From IMG/VR virus record IMGVR_UViG_2895374923_000001, positions 1 to 64,000 of that record: a DNA stretch of 64,000 bases. One strand, given 5' to 3'. The notes beneath the pieces were generated by a model. That model worked only from the letters and a program-made list of their open reading frames with translations, made no database searches and was not told where the DNA came from. The translations under genes and the position numbers were made by a program. The stretch is from a virus (taxonomy: Duplodnaviria; Caudoviricetes). Below are positions 56,938 through 64,000 of this stretch, in pieces. The stretch's first letter is position 1, and each line of letters opens with the position of its first letter.

Positions 56938-59900
56938 ATGCCGGCGGACCAGCCCGGCCTGTGGGACCTGCCCGAGGTACGGCCCGCGACGCCCACCCGG
57001 CCGCCGCGGCCGCGCATCCACGCCTCCGCGCCCCGCCGGGCCAAGACCCAGCGCGAGCGCGACTGCGACCCGCGCTGCCTCGTCTGCGGCCACCCCGAAG
57101 GCCGCGGCCTATGCACGCCACGCTGCGCCGTCGTCTGCGTCCACGCCGCCCAGCCCTACCGCGCCGAGGTGTGCATCGCCACCGTCCACGTCACCGCCCA
57201 GCTCGCCGTCGGCCTGCCCGGCGCCCGCCCCGGCCGCCACCTCGCCGTCGTGGACCCGTGCCCGCGCTGCGGCCAACGCCATGCCCATGCCGAGCGATAC
57301 GGCCGCGCCTGGAGGCTCGCCCCCTGCGGCCAGCCGTACATCGTCCACCTACCGCGCCCCGCCGCCCCCGGCCCGGCCGCCATCGATGAGCCGCCCCCAG
57401 CCGGGCGACAGACCACCACCACCCGCGGCGCCGCCCTCGCACGCCAAGCCCTCACCCGAACCGAAGGAGTCGCATGATCCCGCTTCAGATCCGCCCGAAC
57501 CTCGAAACGGCCCCATGGGACGACATCACCGACGACAACCTGGCCGACGGGGGCACGATCGAACGCGTCGGACTCCTGCCGAACGCCACCAGAAGGGGGC
57601 GACCGGCCTTCGTGCTCGTCGTCCGCCTGCCGGACGGCCGCGCCGTCCTCGCCCAAACCACCTGGGCCCTGATGGAAGGCGCCGTCCGCGCACTGGGCGC
57701 ATCGCCGGTCGCCGATCTCGACCGGCGGGAGCACGGATCATGACCCAGCTCGGCCCAGGAGCGAGCAAGCTCCTGCGCATCATCAACGACCACGACGAGG
57801 GCGAAGGCGTCGAGTTCGTCCCCGCCCCCTACGGCCGGTGGCGACTTGCAGGAAGCACCTACGTCGTCAACACCCGGACCTTCCGAGTCCTCGCCGCCCG
57901 AGGGCTGATCGACGTCGGCAACGGCCACACCGACCCCGTCCGCGCCACCCAGGCCGGCCGCGACCATCTCGCCACGAGGGGGACCCTGTAATGGACGTGA
58001 TCACGATCGTGCCCGGCCGGGATCCCGACGCACCCACCGACTGCCTCATCTCCTGGCAGGGGCACGACTGGACGGCGTCCGTCGAAGTCGTGCGCGCCAC
58101 AGCCGTAGACCTCTTCACCGTCGCCACCTGGGCCGACGTGATGATGCACGCGACCCTCAAGCTCAAACTGGACCCGCACACGGCGAGCGAGTTCACCGGC
58201 ACCCGCCCCGCTCCGCCCGCCGGGCCGTACAGCGGTGCGCCGACTGCAAGCGCCGCATCTGGTCGGCCAAGTCGCTCCGCCCGCGGCTCGGCGTCCTGCT
58301 GGGCGAGGGCTGCTACCGCAAACGGGTCCAAGCTGCCCGCCGCCGCGGCGTCCGGATCCGCGTACGAGACCCGGGCCACATCCCCACCCAGCTCGTCATC
58401 TTCGTCTTCCCCGACCCCGACCAGGAGACCTAGTGATCATGATCCCTGTACGCCTGCCCGCCACCTTCGAGCCCTACATCGTGCGCGACGACTGCACCCT
58501 AAGCGCCGACCACCCGCTATACGGCAGCCCCTGCCCCGTCTGCCCGACCCCGCTCGGCACCGACGGCAAGCCCGTCGCCCTGGTCGCCGTCGGCATCGAC
58601 CCGGACGATCGCAAGCCCGTCGGCTGGATGACCGGTGCGGCCGTCGCCGTCCACACCGCCTGCGCGCGCCGGCCCCGGCCGGACAGCCAGTGAACCGCCG
58701 CCTCGGCATCGCCCTCGCCGTCGCCGTACCGATCGCCTACGGCTTCGGCCACATCGCCATGGCCACCGCGAACTACGTCGTGCTCGCAGCCGTACTCGGC
58801 TACCTGCTGACCATGGTCGCCATCCTGCTCGTCGTCCGGCGCCGCCAGATACGCCGCCGGAACCGGCCGTGATCTGGCCCTGGCACCGGCACCGCTGGGT
58901 CACGGTCGAAAACACCGGCCGCGTGATCACCCAGAAGTGCGCGACATGCCCGAAAACTCGCGTACGAGTCCTCTAGGAGACCCATGAGCACCGACGGCCC
59001 TCTCGCACGCCTGGGCACAGCCCTCAAGAAGCGGGCCCGAGCCGACTACCTGCGCAAACTCTGCTGCTTCGCCGCACTCGGCTACGCCCTCGCACAAGAG
59101 GCGTGGACGATCGCCGCCTTCCTGGTCGCCATCCTCATCGCCTCAATGGTCATCAGCGTCAAGGCCGCCCGCACCGGGCCACCACGCAGCCTCACCCGCG
59201 TCCTCACCGTCCTGCTCACCGGAGGCGCCAACATCAGCGGCGCCACCATCCAGCTCCTCGTCGGCGGCTCGGCCTGGAGAATCTGCGACCACCTCGACCA
59301 GCTCGAAGAAGACGGCTGGATCACCCGCACCATCGAGACATCCGCATCGGCCGACCGGCCGCCACACCACTACTACGCCCTCACCCGGTATGGCCGCGCC
59401 CAAGCCCTCGCCTTGCTCAACCTCGGCACCGAGGCCGCTCGGCCCGGAGGCGACCAGCCATGACCTACCGGGAGATCACCACCAAGCTGACAGCCGCGAC
59501 ATCCCAGGCCCTCGGCGAGCTCACCGGGCCCTGCAGCTGTACGCCCGCCTCGAAGCCGAGCAGCCGCCGGACGGCAGATCCTCGCCCACGACCCGGAAGG
59601 AGAGACGCATGTCCTCACCTGGCACTGACGACCTCCGCCACCGCAGACACGGACCCGAGATCGTGGGCCTTCGCCGGAGCGTCCGGTTCGCTGTGTCGCT
59701 GACCCTCTTCGGACTGGGTGCCGACCTCGGCTGGATAGCCATGGAGGCTGCTACGAGGTTCGCCCTCGACCAGGACTTTGGCTGGGCAGCGGCCTTCGGA
59801 GCCGAGGGCATGGCGTTGATGGGCATCGCTCTCCGTGCGTCCCAACGGCAAGTCGAAAGGACGGCCCAGAATGGATGACAACCTCTACCAGCAGGCGGCC

Positions 59901-60813
59901 GACCTGCTCGGGCAAAATGCGAAACCCGGCCAGATCCATCTCGCGGCAACGCTCCTGAGGAGAACGCAGGAGGCCGACCGCTGCTTTCTGGAGGATCACA
60001 AGGGACGCCTAGAGCACGCCGAAGGCCAGGTGAAAGACCTTCGAGCCGCCCTGGAGCGCATCCGTGAGGTCCACCGCTGCGTCACCCACAGGAAGCCTCG
60101 CGGCGAGGAAGTTTCGACGTGCGCCCACTGCAGCGAGGACTCCTACCCGTACTACGAGGTGCTCTGGCCCTGCCCAACCATCGCGGCCCTCAACGGCCCC
60201 CAGGAAGAGACATGAGCACGCGCGCCAGGTGCGATCACTCCTCCGCCGTACCCGTCGAGTCCGCGCTCACCGGCGAGACCCTCGCAGCGCTCTGCCCCAC
60301 CTGCGACACGCAGCTGCCGGCCGAATTTCTCGGCTGCGAGCACGCGAACGCCATCGACATCTACACCCTCGCCGGGCCGCCCGGCGAGCAGATCTGCAAC
60401 GACTGCGGCACCTACGGCTGGTACGGCACAGCCACCACGCCGACCGTCCTCCCGTACCAGGCCGGCCCAGACGGTCCCGGCATTCCCCCTCGAATCGCTG
60501 TGGGAGCACCATGACGAGTAAACCGCCGGTCCCCGGCGTCGCTGACCCATTCCCCCTCATCCCCGTGGATGAGAACGCCGACAGCCCCTTCAGCCTCATC
60601 CTGCGGATTGGCTGCCGCGCCGCCGACGGCTGGGCCGTGCGCTCCTGGGCACAGCTCACCATCGGCATGTCGCCCAGGGACATCGCACGAAGCCAGATCC
60701 GCGAAGCCCTCCTTCACCTCCTCGAACTGGGCCTGATCGACATCGACGAAGACCGGCTCGACGCCGTCGAGAACCACCCACTGCCCGCCTGGAGGGAGGC
60801 CGCCGGTGGCTGA
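56938..60813 (+). CDS. Run of small hypothetical genes (56938-57477, 57474-57743, 57740-57991, 57991-58433 disrupted, 58433-58693, 58690-58872, 58984-59463 TM plus wHTH, 59609-59878, 59871-60215, 60212-60514, 60511-60813)
   Basis: Coupled starts and stops, C-rich codon usage, several CxxC motifs. Confidence 0.5.
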
Positions 60814-60828
60814 GATCGAGGCACGACC

Positions 60829-61494
60829 ATGACGCGCCGCGCCGTCGCACCGGCGCTATGCCTGGCCACACACCGGCATGACCCGGAGCGGCCACGCCAG
60901 GCCGCACCCGGGCTCAACCTGTGCCCCGGCTGCCACGTCGGCCTGGCCCGCCACCTGGCCGACCTGCCCGGGCTGCACGACGACGTCCTCGACCAGCTCC
61001 CCGCGAACGGGACCGTGGCCGGGCCCGCCGTGTCCGGCAGCCCCGGCCAGCCCCTGCCATACAATCCCGCCGCCGGCGACCTGCTCTCCCAACTCCGCCA
61101 CGACCTGACCTGGCTGACCCGGCTCGTCGCCGAACAGCGCGGCCTCACCACACCCCCACCACGACCGCCAGACCAATGCGCCTGGCTCTCCCGCCACACC
61201 GACTGGATCGCCGCCCATCCCGACGCCGGAGCCATCAAAGGCACCCTGACCGAACTCGTCGGCCGCGCCTGGGCCGTCATCGACCCCGCCCGGCGCCCCC
61301 TCCTCATCGGGCCCTGCCTCGAAACCATCGACGACCAGCCCTGCGACGGAACCCTGCGCGCCACCGTCCGCCGCGACGGCGACCCCACACCCTCCGAGAT
61401 CTACTGCGACACCTGCCCCCTGAGCCTGGACACCACCCAGTGGCACCGATTCGGCAAGCGCTACCTGGCCGAGCGCGCGAGGATAGCCGGATGA
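60829..61494 (+). CDS. Putative late regulator, Zn-finger part (homologous to 30170-30946)
   Basis: LCPGC..LADLPGLHD..WIAAHP..IGPC..CDG..CDTC. Confidence 0.65.
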   Translation: MTRRAVAPALCLATHRHDPERPRQAAPGLNLCPGCHVGLARHLADLPGLHDDVLDQLPANGTVAGPAVSGSPGQPLPYNPAAGDLLSQLRHDLTWLTRLVAEQRGLTTPPPRPPDQCAWLSRHTDWIAAHPDAGAIKGTLTELVGRAWAVIDPARRPLLIGPCLETIDDQPCDGTLRATVRRDGDPTPSEIYCDTCPLSLDTTQWHRFGKRYLAERARIAG

Positions 61495-61754
61495 ACGCCG
61501 ACGACGCGCTGAACGGGGCCGCGGCCCAAGCCGCTGCGCAGTACGGCATGAGCGCCGAGCAGGCCCTCGCCTACCTCACCACCACCGACGCCCAGCGCAT
61601 ATACGACATACCAGCCCGCACCATCCGCCGCTGGATCCACGAAGGCCGCCTCACCCACCAGCGCGACGGACGCACCATCCTCGTCTCCTGCGACGAACTC
61701 GACCAGCTCGCCGACATTCGCGCAGGCCGGCGCTTGCCACGAACACCCAAATGA
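61491..61754 (+). CDS. HTH_17/MerR-like protein
   Basis: YLTTTDAQRIYDIPARTIRRWIHEGRL. Confidence 0.7.
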   Translation: MNADDALNGAAAQAAAQYGMSAEQALAYLTTTDAQRIYDIPARTIRRWIHEGRLTHQRDGRTILVSCDELDQLADIRAGRRLPRTPK

Positions 61755-61917
61755 CCCCATCATCTGAATAACCTCAGATCACTTGTCGGCCCGGCCAAGC
61801 CCGGGCCATCGTCATGCCAGGCACCTGGTGGGGGCCAGGCGTCGGGCCCGGCCGGCACGAAGGTGCGGGCGGAGCGGCCGAGCCCGACACCCCCGCCCCT
61901 GCCGCAGAAGGGCCGTC

Positions 61918-62055
61918 ATGCCCCAGCTGATCCTCTACCTCGTGATGCTCATCTGCTTCGCCCTGGCCGCCTTCAACATCGGCGGACGCATCAACCTCAT
62001 CGCGGTCGGCCTCACAGCCTGGGCACTCGCCCTCGTCTGGGACGCCATCCCCTAA
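61918..62055 (+). CDS. Small membrane protein (45 aa)
   Basis: MPQLILYLVMLICFALAAFNIGGRINLIAVGLTAWALALVWDAIP. Confidence 0.55.
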   Translation: MPQLILYLVMLICFALAAFNIGGRINLIAVGLTAWALALVWDAIP

Positions 62056-62258
62056 CTCCAGCGCAAGCCGGGGCTCATCAACAGGGGGCCACCCCACCAG
62101 CCCCAGGCCACAGCACACGGCCGCCCTCCCCACCCCACCGCCACGCTGCCCGAGACACCAGCACCACGCATCAACCCAACGCGCTGGACCCCAGCGCGCA
62201 CCTGGCCCACACCACCTCCGGACACCACCCGCCCCCACCCCCGCGCAAGGGATCGAGC

Positions 62259-62534
62259 ATGGCAGCCAAGGCAGGACGCAGCGGCTCACGCTACCGAGAG
62301 CTGCGCGCATGGCTGAAGGCCCAGCCCCACGGCTGGATCTGCTGCCGATGCCAGCACCCCATCGACCCTGAGCTCCCGCCCCGACACCCGATGTCTTGGA
62401 CACTCGACCACCTCGTCGCCCTCGTACATGGTGGTCCACTCCTCGACCGAACCAACGCTCGCGGCGCGCACTACTCCTGCAACAGCCGCCACGGGCGCTC
62501 CATCCAAGACGCCACCACCTCACGCCGGTGGTAA
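62259..62534 (+). CDS. Terminase-associated HNH endonuclease
   Basis: CCRC..TLDH..HGG..N..AH..CN. Confidence 0.85.
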   Translation: MAAKAGRSGSRYRELRAWLKAQPHGWICCRCQHPIDPELPPRHPMSWTLDHLVALVHGGPLLDRTNARGAHYSCNSRHGRSIQDATTSRRW

Positions 62535-62669
62535 AGCTGCAGGTCACAGGCCCGGACGGGTAGGGGGGCACCATGCCCGCGAAGACGATCAATACCCCTG
62601 GGAGACCCCGCCCTCTCCCATTTCTCTCCCCAAGCGGTTGCTTGGGCGGCCAAGTGGTTGCTTGGTCTC

Positions 62670-62930
62670 ATGGCTGAGCTGGTCGAAGAGGTCGGGTCAG
62701 GCGACCGGCGCAGGGCGTTGAAGGCGTTGAGGGACAAGCTGGCGGCCGAGCTTTCGGGCTCGGAGGGGCGGACGTCGGCCGCGCTGGCGAAGGAGCTCGT
62801 GGCCGTGCTGAGGGAGCTGGATTCGCTGCCGTTGCCGAAGGAGGCGAGCTCTGTTGACGATCTCGCCGCCAAGCGTGCTGCTCGGCGCGCAGGCGCCTCG
62901 GGTCTCGACGGTTCCACCTCGGTTCAGTAG
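62670..62930 (+). CDS. terS: Terminase small subunit
   Basis: Similar to 29018-29263 (RDKLAAEL..AALAKEL). Confidence 0.75.
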   Translation: MAELVEEVGSGDRRRALKALRDKLAAELSGSEGRTSAALAKELVAVLRELDSLPLPKEASSVDDLAAKRAARRAGASGLDGSTSVQ

Positions 62931-64000
62931 CGCCGGCCAGGAGGCGGTCGAGCTCGCGGCGAGCGCGGGCCTGCATCTGGATCCGTGGCAGGCGCGCGCC
63001 CTGGATCTGGCGCTGGGTGAGCGTGCTGACGGCACGTGGGCGGCGTTCGAGGTGGGGCTGATCGTCGGCCGGCAGAACGGCAAGGGATCGGTGCTGGAGG
63101 CCAGGGAACTGGCCGGCCTGTTCCTCTTCGGCGAGCGGCTGCTGCTGCACTCGGCGCACGAGTTCAAGACCAGCGGCGAGGCGTTCCTGCGGGTGAAGGC
63201 GCTGATCGACAACACCGATGATCTGCGGCGCCGGGTGGCGCGGATGCGGACCTCGCACGGCGAGGAGGGCATTGAGCTGATCGGCGGCCAGCGGCTGCGG
63301 TTCGTGGCCAGGTCCACCGGGTCGGGCCGCGGTTTCTCGGGCGACACGGTGATCTTGGATGAGGCGTACGCGTTGACGGCGCCGATGATGGCCGCGCTGC
63401 TGCCGACGCTCAGCGCGAAGCCGAATCCGCAGGTCTGGTACGCGTCGTCGGCGCCGCTGCGCACCAGCGAGGTGCTGAAGAAGATCGTGGCGCGGGGCCG
63501 TGAGGGGTCGCCGCGGATGGCGTACCTGGAGTGGTCGGCGCCGCAGTCGGCCGCGTTGGACGATCGTGAGGCGTGGGCGCAGGCCAACCCGGCGCTGGGG
63601 ATCCGGATCAGCTCGGAGTTCGTCGAGGCCGAGCGGGTGGCGCTGGAAGAGGAGGAGTTCGCCCGGGAGCGGCTGGGCATCGGGGCGGACGACCAGTCCG
63701 GCATGGTGATCGACTTGGGCGCGTGGGCGGCGCTGGCCGACCCGGCGTCGCAGATGGCGGATCCGGTGGCGTTCTGCATGGACATGACGCCGGAGCGGTC
63801 GGTCGGGTCGATCGCGGCGGCCGGGCGGCGCGCGGACGGGCGGCTGCACGTCGAGGTGGTCGAGCACCGTCCGGGCACGGCGTGGATGGTGGCCCGGCTG
63901 CAGGAGCTGCGGGAGCGGTGGAAGCCGTGCGCAGTCGTGATCGACCCCGCCGGGCCGGCAGGGTCGCTGATCGCCGAGGTGGAGGCGTCCGGTGTCGAGG
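62854..64000 (+). CDS. terL: Terminase large subunit (partial, runs off the window)
   Basis: LDPWQ, GRQNGKG, HSAHEFKT, ILDEAY, NPALG. Confidence 0.92.
   Translation, partial: MTISPPSVLLGAQAPRVSTVPPRFSSAGQEAVELAASAGLHLDPWQARALDLALGERADGTWAAFEVGLIVGRQNGKGSVLEARELAGLFLFGERLLLHSAHEFKTSGEAFLRVKALIDNTDDLRRRVARMRTSHGEEGIELIGGQRLRFVARSTGSGRGFSGDTVILDEAYALTAPMMAALLPTLSAKPNPQVWYASSAPLRTSEVLKKIVARGREGSPRMAYLEWSAPQSAALDDREAWAQANPALGIRISSEFVEAERVALEEEEFARERLGIGADDQSGMVIDLGAWAALADPASQMADPVAFCMDMTPERSVGSIAAAGRRADGRLHVEVVEHRPGTAWMVARLQELRERWKPCAVVIDPAGPAGSLIAEVEASGVE

Larger units (their letters stand above)
39900..64000. mobile_element. Prophage 2 (left boundary uncertain; continues beyond the window)
   Basis: int, cI/cro switch, long early operon, HNH-terS-terL. 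Confidence 0.88.

Overview
High-GC actinobacterial chromosome segment, inferred from gene content to come from a filamentous actinomycete. It is almost entirely mobile DNA stacked around one tRNA-Arg(TCT) gene (39809-39882, minus strand). (1) 1-2398: the end of an IS5-family element and a tyrosine integrase pseudogene (nonsense codon in the PIR-LHDLRH motif) from an older element. (2) 2399-39851: a complete ~37.4 kb siphovirus-like prophage (element 1) bounded by a 46-bp direct repeat of the tRNA 3' half. It carries int, repressor, xis, Prim-Pol and P4-type helicase replication genes, HK97-type head, tail and lysis genes. Unusually, it also carries a Streptomyces-type conjugation module (spd-like, traA, traB and a clt-like GTGGCCCC repeat cluster) and an XRE-TPR/kinase cassette. 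(3) ~39900-64000: a second prophage on the 5' side of the tRNA, with int, cI/cro switch, Sak4-like ATPase, MTase, replication initiator, ASCH, HNH, TerS and a TerL that runs off the window. The two top candidates for a new system are (a) a prophage with both virion and TraB/clt conjugative transfer genes, and (b) a ~350-bp array of different 10-bp-period operator-like repeat blocks in element 1's switch region, one of which matches the repeats in the neighbouring prophage's cI/cro switch at 18/19 nt. All product calls come from motif recognition by eye; no searches were run.
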